A stretch of 47,964 bases of DNA from Pseudobdellovibrionaceae bacterium (GTDB lineage: Bacteria; Bdellovibrionota; Bdellovibrionia; Bdellovibrionales; Bdellovibrionaceae). Both the position numbers and the translations under genes were made by a program. The stretch lies in assembly GCA_041288045.1 (NCBI GenBank), contig JBGGMM010000064.1, positions 1-47,964 of the forward strand, in the 5' to 3' direction. Shown in pieces: positions 19,226-27,036 of the stretch; the first letter of the stretch is position 1, and each line of letters opens with the position of its first letter. The notes below the pieces were generated by a model. The model was given only the letters and a program-made list of their open reading frames with translations, searched no databases and was not told the origin of the DNA.

Positions 19226-19653
19226 AAAAGAATTTTGGATTTGACACAGAATTTAATAAACTAAGATCAATCGCTCGCAGTCTATGGATGGGTTGTGAGC
19301 GCGGGGAGGGTGAGTTAGAGATCGATGACCAAGGACGGTTTGATCAATCTCGTTTCTCGCAGGAAACAGAAGGCATAGGTCAGCAAACGCCAAGGATTGG
19401 CGAAGATAGGCCGAAGCTGAGATTCACTCCAGACACGCAAGTGTCGGCAAGAGTATCAAGTGCAGGACGCACGCTGAACTCTGACTCAACTCCCCAATTT
19501 TTTTCTCCGGCTCTGAGCGCCACCATCGAGCCCGAGAGCCCTCCCAAAAATCTGCAGCTCAAAGCCACGCAAGCAGAAAAAGCTTGTTTCTATCTGGCAC
19601 AGAAAACGCAAATGCGAGTGGCGGCACTGTTCAAGGCGGCCAAAAAAGAATGA
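19222..19653 (+). CDS. Hypothetical protein between flgI and flgJ
   Basis: 143-aa ORF with ATGA overlaps to both the flgI stop and the flgJ start; no recognisable motif. Confidence 0.55.
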   Translation: MKKNFGFDTEFNKLRSIARSLWMGCERGEGELEIDDQGRFDQSRFSQETEGIGQQTPRIGEDRPKLRFTPDTQVSARVSSAGRTLNSDSTPQFFSPALSATIEPESPPKNLQLKATQAEKACFYLAQKTQMRVAALFKAAKKE

Positions 19654-20354
19654 AGATTCAAAACTATAAGAATCTTCGTCAGCCGCCCACTCCTGAAGAG
19701 CACAATCAAAAGCTCAAGGATGTCTCTCAGCTCTACGAAAAACAATTTTTGCGAGAGATGATGAAGCAGATGCGAGCCACCGTTTCTGATGAAGGCGGTA
19801 TGATCCCCACCAGCAATGCCGAAAAAATTTTTCGCGAGCAGCTGGATCACGAGTATGTGGAAAAGTGGGGGGATCGTGGGGGTATCGGTCTTGCCGACAT
19901 GATTCACCAGCAGTTGCTGGAAAAATTGGGTCCCGCTCTTGGCATCACACAAAGACCTGTCAGGCCTCAGGGCCCGATTCAAATCGATGAAAAAAGTCTG
20001 CAAATGAATCCACTGAAACTGCACCAACCCAAAGATAGTCCCACTTCGCAGACAGGTAAGACCACAATCCAATACGACCTGCAGAAGGCTGCACTTGAAA
20101 GCCCAGATGTGTCTTCACCCTGGAAGGGCTCTCTTTTGGGAGTGAAGCAACTCAATCAAGATGAGCAATTGGTAGAGCTGCTTCACGACAATGGTCTCAA
20201 GAGCCAATTGGTTTTTCGCGGCCAGCTCGAGAAAAATTTGCAGGCCGCGCAATTGAAGCCAGGCGCTGAAATCCAGGCTGGACAAAGGCTGGGGCTTTTA
20301 AGTCCAGAAGCGAAAAGTTTCTTTTGGACTGTGGATGTGGCTGACTCACTATGA
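19650..20354 (+). CDS. flgJ: FlgJ-type rod-binding protein lacking the muramidase domain
   Basis: Rod-binding motif KLKDVSQLYEKQFLREMMKQMRATV..IFREQLDHEY..GGIGLADMIHQQL; start at MKIQNY. Confidence 0.85.
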   Translation: MKIQNYKNLRQPPTPEEHNQKLKDVSQLYEKQFLREMMKQMRATVSDEGGMIPTSNAEKIFREQLDHEYVEKWGDRGGIGLADMIHQQLLEKLGPALGITQRPVRPQGPIQIDEKSLQMNPLKLHQPKDSPTSQTGKTTIQYDLQKAALESPDVSSPWKGSLLGVKQLNQDEQLVELLHDNGLKSQLVFRGQLEKNLQAAQLKPGAEIQAGQRLGLLSPEAKSFFWTVDVADSL

Positions 20355-20366
20355 TACACTGATTTC

Positions 20367-20394
20367 TAAAGGGAAAACCGTCGCATGACGGTGG
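20367..20394 (+). promoter_or_regulatory. Weak candidate sigma-28 promoter of flgM, overlapping a palindrome
   Basis: TAAA-N16-GACGGTGG; ACCGTC-GCAT-GACGGT inverted repeat at 20377-20392. Confidence 0.35.
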
Positions 20395-20407
20395 CACGGA
20401 GGCACCC

Positions 20408-20737
20408 ATGAAAATTACGCATAACAAAGTCGGTCAGAATCTGAACACGAAAGAGACTGGCAAGGCTGAGAAGTCAGACAAAGCGGGTGCAGCCGCAGTT
20501 GGCGGTCAAAAAGGCAATGCAGCAGCTTTGCAAAATGCCGATCTTGGCGCAACCAAAGTGGACCTCTCTCCACGCGCTCAAGAAATGAAGAAAATCAAAG
20601 AGACGGCAATGGCAGCGCCTGACATCCGCGAGGACAAAGTCGCAGCTCTGCAGAAAATGATTGATGAAGGAAAGTACAATGTGTCAGCCAAGGACATCGC
20701 TGACAAGATGGTCGACGAAGAACTCCAGTGGAGCTAA
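20408..20737 (+). CDS. flgM: Anti-sigma-28 factor FlgM
   Basis: VDLSPRAQE..APDIREDKVAALQKMIDEGKYNVSAKDIADKM. Confidence 0.93.
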   Translation: MKITHNKVGQNLNTKETGKAEKSDKAGAAAVGGQKGNAAALQNADLGATKVDLSPRAQEMKKIKETAMAAPDIREDKVAALQKMIDEGKYNVSAKDIADKMVDEELQWS

Positions 20738-20766
20738 CGGATTTTAAAATTTGACGGAGGAGTCGC

Positions 20767-21285
20767 ATGGATGCGTCTCAAGAAAAAAGCTATCAAAGAT
20801 TGGTGGCGAACCTCGAAGAGCTGACAAAGCTCTATCGTTCCCTGCTCGAAACAGTTCGCAAAGAGAAGGATCTTCTCATTGCTGCGGACATCACGAAGCT
20901 CAATGAAAACAACAAAGAAAAAGAAGCTCTGCTCTACAAAGTGCGAAGCTTGGACGGCGCTCGCGAAAGATACGCCAAAGAATTCGCCAATCACATCGGT
21001 GCCGATGCCAACAATCCGCGCTTGTTGGATTTAGCCAAAGCTCTTCATGGCACCGAGTACGAACAGCGTCTTCGCAACATCCATTCGATGCTCGAGATGT
21101 TGGTGACGAGAGTTTCAGGCTTGAACAAAGAAAACGAAGAGTACGCCCAAAGCGCTCTGAACACTTTGAACGGTGCTATGGGAAATATCAAAGAAACCCT
21201 CGCTGGTAAAAAAACCTACGCACGCCAAGGCAAGATGGAGTACGGCCCCGACAAAGCCGGCAACTTCGTCCGCAAAGAAGCGTGA
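20767..21285 (+). CDS. flgN: Flagellar export chaperone FlgN
   Basis: Helical 172-aa protein between flgM and flgK; LNKENEE..TYARQG near the C-terminus. Confidence 0.85.
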   Translation: MDASQEKSYQRLVANLEELTKLYRSLLETVRKEKDLLIAADITKLNENNKEKEALLYKVRSLDGARERYAKEFANHIGADANNPRLLDLAKALHGTEYEQRLRNIHSMLEMLVTRVSGLNKENEEYAQSALNTLNGAMGNIKETLAGKKTYARQGKMEYGPDKAGNFVRKEA

Positions 21286-21398
21286 GAGGGTGCCTTTCTC
21301 TTTTTCCTTCACACGCTGCGGAAGAAGAGAAATGGTGGATGTGATAACAAGGACTTGATGCGCAGTGTGAAGGAAAAAGAGAAAGGCACCCTCTCACG
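21281..21398. repeat. Perfect 34-bp inverted repeat with 50-bp spacer spanning the flgN-flgK junction
   Basis: CGTGAGAGGGTGCCTTTCTCTTTTTCCTTCACAC (21281-21314) is the exact reverse complement of 21365-21398. Confidence 0.97.
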
Positions 21399-22811
21399 AT
21401 GGCTAAGATCCATGCGATGATGGATATCGGAAAGCGCTCGATGATGAACAGTCAGACAGCGCTTCAAACCGTGTCCCACAACATCGCCAACAAGACGACC
21501 GAAGGATACTCCCGCCAGCGCGTTGAGCTGCAGACGGCTGTACCTATCGTTGAAGGTCGTCATCAATTGGGAATGGGCAGCCGGGCCGCCGCCGTCACTC
21601 GCACCAATAATCCTTTCTTGGAAAAACAATTGCAAAAAGAAACCGGACAAATGGGTTTGCAGCAGGGGCGTGAATCAGCCCTGACCCGTGTTGAACAGGT
21701 TTTCAATGAGCAGATGAACAAGGGCCTCAATCAGTACATGACTGATTTCTTCAATTCCTACCGCGAGCTTTCCAACAATCCTGAAAGCATCACCACTCGA
21801 ACCATGGTGAAAGAAGCGGGCGAAAGCGTTGTCAAAGATTTCAAACGCGTCGACGATCAACTTTTAGGAATTCAAAAAGATGTCGATGAAAGAGTCCGCA
21901 ACGAAACCGAAGAAGTGAACAAACTGAGCCGCGAAATCGCCCAGCTCAATGAAAAAATCGCCGAAGTCGAAGTGCAAGGGATCCCCGCCAACGATCAGCG
22001 CGACCGCCGGGATGTTTGCCTGAAAAAAATGAATGAAAAAATCGACATTCATTATGCTGAAGGCGATCAGGGCGCAGTGACTGTCACCACAGCCGGAAAT
22101 GCCATTTTGGTCTCGGGCTTTGACAATTACGAACTGACAACCAAAGAAAATCCCGAAACCAATCGCATGGATGTTTATTTCAAACCCAACGAGAGCACTC
22201 CGCCGTTTCGAATCACCGATCGGATCAAAGGCGGAACGATTGGCGGAGGTTTGAACGTGCGCGATCAAATCATTCCTGATTTCAAAGAGAAGATGGATCA
22301 ATTGGCTTACACATTTGCCGAAGAGATCAACCGCGCTCACGTCGAAGGATTCGACAAACTGGGACGGCAAGGAGAATTCTTCTTTGATATGCCGACGCAA
22401 GTGGTAGGTGCCGCTCGATCCCTGTCAGTGAACGAAAAAATCGTCAATGATGTGAATCGAATCACTGCTGCCGCAAAACCGGGAGCCGTGGGCGACAACA
22501 CGGTTGCCAATGTCATTTCTCAGCTTCAGTACAAAGGAATCATGGATGGCAACACCACGACCATGGATGATTTCTACAATTCGCAAGTGGGCCGGGTCGG
22601 GGTTCTCACGCAAAGAGCGATCAAAGCCCGTGAGTCTCAGGACAATGTTCTGCAGCAGCTCAACACCATCCGTGAAAGCATCAGCGGTGTTTCATTGGAT
22701 GAAGAGACGACCAACATGATTGAATTTCAAAGAGCCTTCGACGCTTCGGCGCGAGTGATCAAAACAGCAGATGAAATGTTCGACACTGTCCTCAATTTGA
22801 AGAGGTTGTAA
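21399..22811 (+). CDS. flgK: Flagellar hook-associated protein FlgK
   Basis: TVSHNIANKTTEGYSRQRV, NDQRDRRD, RESISGVSLDEETTNMIEFQRAFDASARVI. Confidence 0.96.
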   Translation: MAKIHAMMDIGKRSMMNSQTALQTVSHNIANKTTEGYSRQRVELQTAVPIVEGRHQLGMGSRAAAVTRTNNPFLEKQLQKETGQMGLQQGRESALTRVEQVFNEQMNKGLNQYMTDFFNSYRELSNNPESITTRTMVKEAGESVVKDFKRVDDQLLGIQKDVDERVRNETEEVNKLSREIAQLNEKIAEVEVQGIPANDQRDRRDVCLKKMNEKIDIHYAEGDQGAVTVTTAGNAILVSGFDNYELTTKENPETNRMDVYFKPNESTPPFRITDRIKGGTIGGGLNVRDQIIPDFKEKMDQLAYTFAEEINRAHVEGFDKLGRQGEFFFDMPTQVVGAARSLSVNEKIVNDVNRITAAAKPGAVGDNTVANVISQLQYKGIMDGNTTTMDDFYNSQVGRVGVLTQRAIKARESQDNVLQQLNTIRESISGVSLDEETTNMIEFQRAFDASARVIKTADEMFDTVLNLKRL

Positions 22812-22816
22812 GCTGA

Positions 22817-23902
22817 ATGAGAGTAACTGATAAAATGGCTTTCAATCAGACGACCAACAATCTTTCGAAGAATCGATCGGAAATGTCGGAGCTTCAGAAT
22901 CAAGCGGCGACGCAAAGGCGGATCAACAAACCGTCTGATGATCCAGCAGCTTCTGCCCGGGTGCTTGTCTCGCGCACTGAAGAGCGTGGCAGCAAGCAGT
23001 TCATTAAAAACATCAATCAAGCCAGATCCTTTCTTGAGTACACGGATCAGTCCCTGTCTGAACTGACAGAGGCCCTGGTTCGCGCCAAGGAACTGGCCAT
23101 TCAACAGGCCAATGACGCTGGTGCGAGTGCTGAGACCCGAAGAACAGTCGCCGCCGAAGTTTCACAAATTCATTCTCAAGCGGTTCAAATCGGCAATCGC
23201 AAATTGGCGGATCGCTATATTTTTGCAGGTTACAAGACAACCACAGCTCCCTTTGACCCAACCGGTGAGTACCACGGCGATGATGGCGACATTCGCTTGC
23301 AAATCAATAAAGACGCTTTCGTCGCCATGAATCTTCCCGGCGATCAGGTCTTTGTGGGCCGAGGAATGGGCGAGGACGGGCTGATCCGACCTTCCGCCAC
23401 AGTGCCAAAAGATACGACTGATCTGCTCAAGCACAAAGCAGAAGAGCAGCAGCGACAACAAAGAATCGAGCAAATGCAAACAGAGCCTGTGCAGCTCCGA
23501 GGGCCTGCCTCCGTCAATGGTCGAGCCGATCAAACTGTGAGCTCTCGAGTGAAAGTCGAAGCGGCTGGAGTGAATGTCCTGCAGGTCTTGAAAGACTTTG
23601 AAGTGGCTCTTCAAACCAATGACAAAGAAGAAATCCAAGCTGCCATCGACAATGTGGACTCTGCCATCAGCCAAGTTGTTAACGCCCGGGCCCAAGTCGG
23701 ATCCAGAGTGTCATCTCTGAACGCTGCGACGGACTCTTTGCAGAAAGCCATCGTCGATCACAAGGTCACGGCCTCTCAGCTTGAGGATGCGGATCTTTAT
23801 GAGGTGGTCAGCGATATGAACAAGACCGATAGCACTCTGAAGGCCACCCTTGAAACTTCAGGCAAAGTGATGAACCTGAGCCTCCTTGACTTTCTCCGCT
23901 AG
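22817..23902 (+). CDS. flgL: Flagellar hook-associated protein FlgL
   Basis: MRVTD..RINKPSDDPAA, YIFAGYKTTTAPF, C-terminal LSLLDFLR. Confidence 0.95.
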   Translation: MRVTDKMAFNQTTNNLSKNRSEMSELQNQAATQRRINKPSDDPAASARVLVSRTEERGSKQFIKNINQARSFLEYTDQSLSELTEALVRAKELAIQQANDAGASAETRRTVAAEVSQIHSQAVQIGNRKLADRYIFAGYKTTTAPFDPTGEYHGDDGDIRLQINKDAFVAMNLPGDQVFVGRGMGEDGLIRPSATVPKDTTDLLKHKAEEQQRQQRIEQMQTEPVQLRGPASVNGRADQTVSSRVKVEAAGVNVLQVLKDFEVALQTNDKEEIQAAIDNVDSAISQVVNARAQVGSRVSSLNAATDSLQKAIVDHKVTASQLEDADLYEVVSDMNKTDSTLKATLETSGKVMNLSLLDFLR

Positions 23903-23912
23903 AAATAATAGC

Positions 23913-23940
23913 TAAACTTCCTCTTGATCGATTCCGATAC
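23913..23940 (+). promoter_or_regulatory. Sigma-28 (FliA) promoter of csrA(-fliW)
   Basis: TAAA-N16-TCCGATAC, 42 nt upstream of csrA. Confidence 0.72.
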
Positions 23941-23982
23941 GTTTGAAGGTAAGGAAACCGATGAAGTACTAGGGAGTAATTC

Positions 23983-24210
23983 ATGCTCGTACTGACAAGG
24001 AAGTTAGGTGAAAGCATCGCCATTGATGACCATATCAAAATTAGGGTCGTTCAAATCAAAGGTAAGCAAGTTCGCCTCGGAATCGAAGCCCCCAAAGAGA
24101 CCAAAATCCACCGGGAAGAGGTCTATCTTGCTATTCAGGATACCAATAAGGAATCGGCAACTGCCCATCCTGATAAAATTCGTTCTGTTTCAAAAATGTT
24201 GAAGCCTTAA
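23983..24210 (+). CDS. csrA: Carbon storage/translational regulator CsrA
   Basis: MLVLTRKLGESIAI..QVRLGIEAPKETKIHREEVY. Confidence 0.97.
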   Translation: MLVLTRKLGESIAIDDHIKIRVVQIKGKQVRLGIEAPKETKIHREEVYLAIQDTNKESATAHPDKIRSVSKMLKP

Positions 24211-24345
24211 AGATTCTGTCAGAATCAAATACCGCTCTGCGCAAATAGCTCGCTGAAGGTCCAGTTTTCCACTTGGCGCCAACCCCTTTTTTGTCTTGCT
24301 GTGTCTCACTGGTAGGTGCATCCTGTAAAAGTTAGAGGGGGTCCA

Positions 24346-24888
24346 GTGAGTCAGTCTTTGTTGATTCAAACAACACGGTTTGGTCAGGTCCAGTTTCAAA
24401 GTGATGATCTACTCACTTTTCCAGAAGGCATTCTGGGATTCGCCGATTTGAAACGATTCGTTCTGCTAGATGATCCGAACGATGACATCTTCGCCTGGCT
24501 GCAAAGTTGTGATGAGCCGGCCATTGCCTTTCCCGTTTTGGAGCCTGAACTCTTTACTGAAAATTACAAAGTCACTCTAGCAAAAACGGATCTCGATGCC
24601 CTTCGCCTCACTTCACTGGAAGGTGCTCGACTTTTCTGTATCATCACCATTCCAGATGATCCGACTCAAATGACAGCCAATTTGAAAGCTCCAGTTGTGA
24701 TCAATGTTTCCATGAAAATGGCCCGCCAGTGTGTTCTTCAAGACAATCACTTGGCGATTCGTGAGCCGATTTTTTCGAAACTGCAGCAGCGAGTGGTGCA
24801 GAATCCGCATCAATCGATCAAAGCTCAATCTCATGGTTTGGATGTGGCCATCCGTTTGCCAGAGAGAGCGCCCGATCAAGCTCTCTAA
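24346..24888 (+). CDS. fliW: Flagellar assembly factor FliW
   Basis: TTRFGQV..FPEGILGF..WLQS..TANLKAPVVIN; GTG start after a GAGGGG RBS. Confidence 0.94.
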   Translation: MSQSLLIQTTRFGQVQFQSDDLLTFPEGILGFADLKRFVLLDDPNDDIFAWLQSCDEPAIAFPVLEPELFTENYKVTLAKTDLDALRLTSLEGARLFCIITIPDDPTQMTANLKAPVVINVSMKMARQCVLQDNHLAIREPIFSKLQQRVVQNPHQSIKAQSHGLDVAIRLPERAPDQAL

Positions 24889-24964
24889 AGCGAGAGATTT
24901 TCACTGAATTCTCGACAGTCGATTGCCATTTTTCGCTCTTGGAAAAAACGTTTTTCGGAGTTTG

Positions 24965-24977
24965 TCTCATCTTGAGA
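24965..24977. promoter_or_regulatory. Palindromic operator-like site TCTCA-N3-TGAGA
   Basis: TCTCAtctTGAGA, about 80 bp upstream of a sigma-54-like promoter. Confidence 0.45.
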
Positions 24978-25056
24978 AAAACTGTCTAAACTTTCGACAC
25001 TCACCTCTCACCAATTGGATTTGAGCCGAAAAAAAGTTTCGAAATCCTCTGGTTCC

Positions 25057-25071
25057 TGGCATTGGTCCTGC
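25057..25071 (+). promoter_or_regulatory. Putative sigma-54 promoter
   Basis: TGGCAT-tggtc-CTGC, 25 nt upstream of ATG 25097. Confidence 0.6.
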
Positions 25072-25096
25072 TCTTGTCATGGGTGAGAGGTGATTT

Positions 25097-26263
25097 ATGA
25101 AACAGAGGATTCTCAACAACTGGCCCATTCTGATGGTGGCGACAGTGATGGGATTTTCCTTTTACGCTATGTCATTCGCATTGCGAACTTCGGAGGTTCC
25201 GAAAGTCGCTGATGATCTCTCTTATGAAATGCCAAGGCCGCAAACTGAAGGAGTCGAATACGATCTTTCAGGTCGAATTGTCGTCAGAGACATTCGCTCA
25301 ATTGAAAAGAAAAAGAAATCTCGAGCTTCAGGTGAAATGACAGGCGAAGCTGTCAAAACCAAAGAAGACCCGAAAAAAGCTCAAGCTGAAGCTAAGAAAA
25401 AAGAAGAAGAAGAAAAAAAGAAGACAGCTGAAGCCAAAAAGAAAAAAGAAGAAGCTGCAAAAAAAGCCAAAGCTGAGCAAAAGAAAAAAGCCGATCAAAT
25501 AGCAGCTCAACAAAAAGCGACTGCTGAAGCTGCAGAAAAAGAAAGATTGGCGCAATTGAAAACGACGCATTCTTCTGATTTGCACGAAGCTCCCGCAGTT
25601 CAACAGGCTCCGGCTCCTGTTGCCGCTTTGGATACGTCTCCGACCAGCAATCCTGCCGCAGCAGCAAATGAAACTCCAAAACTTTCTGTGGCTCAATGGC
25701 GAGCTCTGCTTTTTGGGCAGGCCACAGTTAAGAATGCCAATGAATTTCTTGTTGCTTACAAGCGTGGTGAAATTGACGCCAATTCATTTTACCAAATCAG
25801 TGAGGAGCTTTTGCAGGATGCAGTGGCCGATCGGCAAAAGATGGCTCTTTATATTTTGAAACAAGATCCTTCAGTTCGAACCTTCACTCTTTTAGTGGCA
25901 AACTACCAAGAGAAAACACCAGAGCCTTTGAAGACGCAGGTTTACGAAGTGATTAAATCTTACGGTGAAGCAACGCATTTTCCAGTTTTGAGCAAAGTTC
26001 TCTTTTCGACTGATTCTCGTGTTTTGCAAATGGCAACGCAGCTTCTGACCCAGACTGTTGCTAAGCAAAATCAGCAGCCTCAGAATGTTTCCGGAAGAGA
26101 TTTGCGCGGCCCTGGGTCAGCACCCATTCCATCCAATCAGTTTCAAGCTTTGCTGCCGGCCCTTCGTCGATTGGTCACCTCTGAAAACTCGCAAATTGCG
26201 CAGCAGGCGCAAGCTCTGATTGAAAGCATTGAATCTTTGAAAAAACCTCCAACTGCCGCATAA
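25097..26263 (+). CDS. Membrane-anchored protein with TolA-like K/E/A-rich linker and helical (HEAT-like) C-terminal domain
   Basis: N-terminal TM helix; KKAQAEAKKKEEEEKKK.. low-complexity segment; alpha-helical C-terminus; GAGG RBS. Confidence 0.75.
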   Translation: MKQRILNNWPILMVATVMGFSFYAMSFALRTSEVPKVADDLSYEMPRPQTEGVEYDLSGRIVVRDIRSIEKKKKSRASGEMTGEAVKTKEDPKKAQAEAKKKEEEEKKKTAEAKKKKEEAAKKAKAEQKKKADQIAAQQKATAEAAEKERLAQLKTTHSSDLHEAPAVQQAPAPVAALDTSPTSNPAAAANETPKLSVAQWRALLFGQATVKNANEFLVAYKRGEIDANSFYQISEELLQDAVADRQKMALYILKQDPSVRTFTLLVANYQEKTPEPLKTQVYEVIKSYGEATHFPVLSKVLFSTDSRVLQMATQLLTQTVAKQNQQPQNVSGRDLRGPGSAPIPSNQFQALLPALRRLVTSENSQIAQQAQALIESIESLKKPPTAA

Positions 26264-26310
26264 TCACTTCTGGATTTTTTCGGCAAAAGACTTCATTCTT
26301 GAATGAATCT

Positions 26311-27036
26311 ATGAAGTGTCTTTTTTTTCTCTTTGCATTTTTCATGTCTTTCCAGGTTCTCGCGGAGCTCGAAATCCCGGCTCGTATGTCTTCCATGGAT
26401 CGAAAAAAAGCTCTCGAGATTTTGGGCTTTTCCTCTTCAGCAAAAATTCTGGGCAATCCCTATCCCTTGGGCGGTTATTCCGGAATTGAAATTGGTTACA
26501 CAACAGAAGTGATCGGAACTGGTGAGCTGGCCACTCTCGGAGCCAAAGCCAAAAGCCAAAGCGAAACTTCCTTTTCCTCTCTGACTTTGGGCAAAGGCCT
26601 TTACAACAATGTGGATCTATTTTTACAGTTTGCGCCTTTTACTCAAGCCGAAGAGATTTCTAATTTCGGTGGACAAGTCCGCTGGGGATTCTATCAGGCT
26701 GAATACATGCCGGCGCATCTCAGCCTGGTCGTTTACGCCAACAGCACCAGTTTTCAAAATAAAATCAGCACAGTTTCTCAGGGATCTGATCTGGTGGCGG
26801 GATTCAGCGTTCAAGATCTGACCCTTTACACTGGGATCGGAATGGTTCGATCCATCGGCACTTTTTTTGGCGGTGATGGAGGGGTCACTGACGACGGGGA
26901 AACGGCCACCGAAGATGTGAGCAGCTCGCATTACTTGGCCGGGATTAACATCAAATTCTCGAAAGCTTTTCTAGCCATGCAACTGGATCGCTATTCGCAA
27001 TCGACCTATTCGGCAAAGCTGGGAATGAGATTTTAA
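26311..27036 (+). CDS. Putative outer-membrane beta-barrel protein
   Basis: Signal peptide MKCLFFLFAFFMSFQVLA; alternating beta-strands; C-terminal YSAKLGMRF. Confidence 0.72.
   Translation: MKCLFFLFAFFMSFQVLAELEIPARMSSMDRKKALEILGFSSSAKILGNPYPLGGYSGIEIGYTTEVIGTGELATLGAKAKSQSETSFSSLTLGKGLYNNVDLFLQFAPFTQAEEISNFGGQVRWGFYQAEYMPAHLSLVVYANSTSFQNKISTVSQGSDLVAGFSVQDLTLYTGIGMVRSIGTFFGGDGGVTDDGETATEDVSSSHYLAGINIKFSKAFLAMQLDRYSQSTYSAKLGMRF

Noticed and set aside
21309..21650. Minus-strand ORFs across the flgN-flgK repeat (ending RERVPFSFSFT..)
   Set aside because: The same peptide appears on both strands only because of the inverted repeat; these ORFs are antisense to flgK or flgN.
25370..25560. Repetitive A-rich DNA resembling a tandem repeat or array
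   Set aside because: It is explained by Lys/Glu/Ala-rich coding sequence; there is no constant repeat-spacer structure, so it is not CRISPR.
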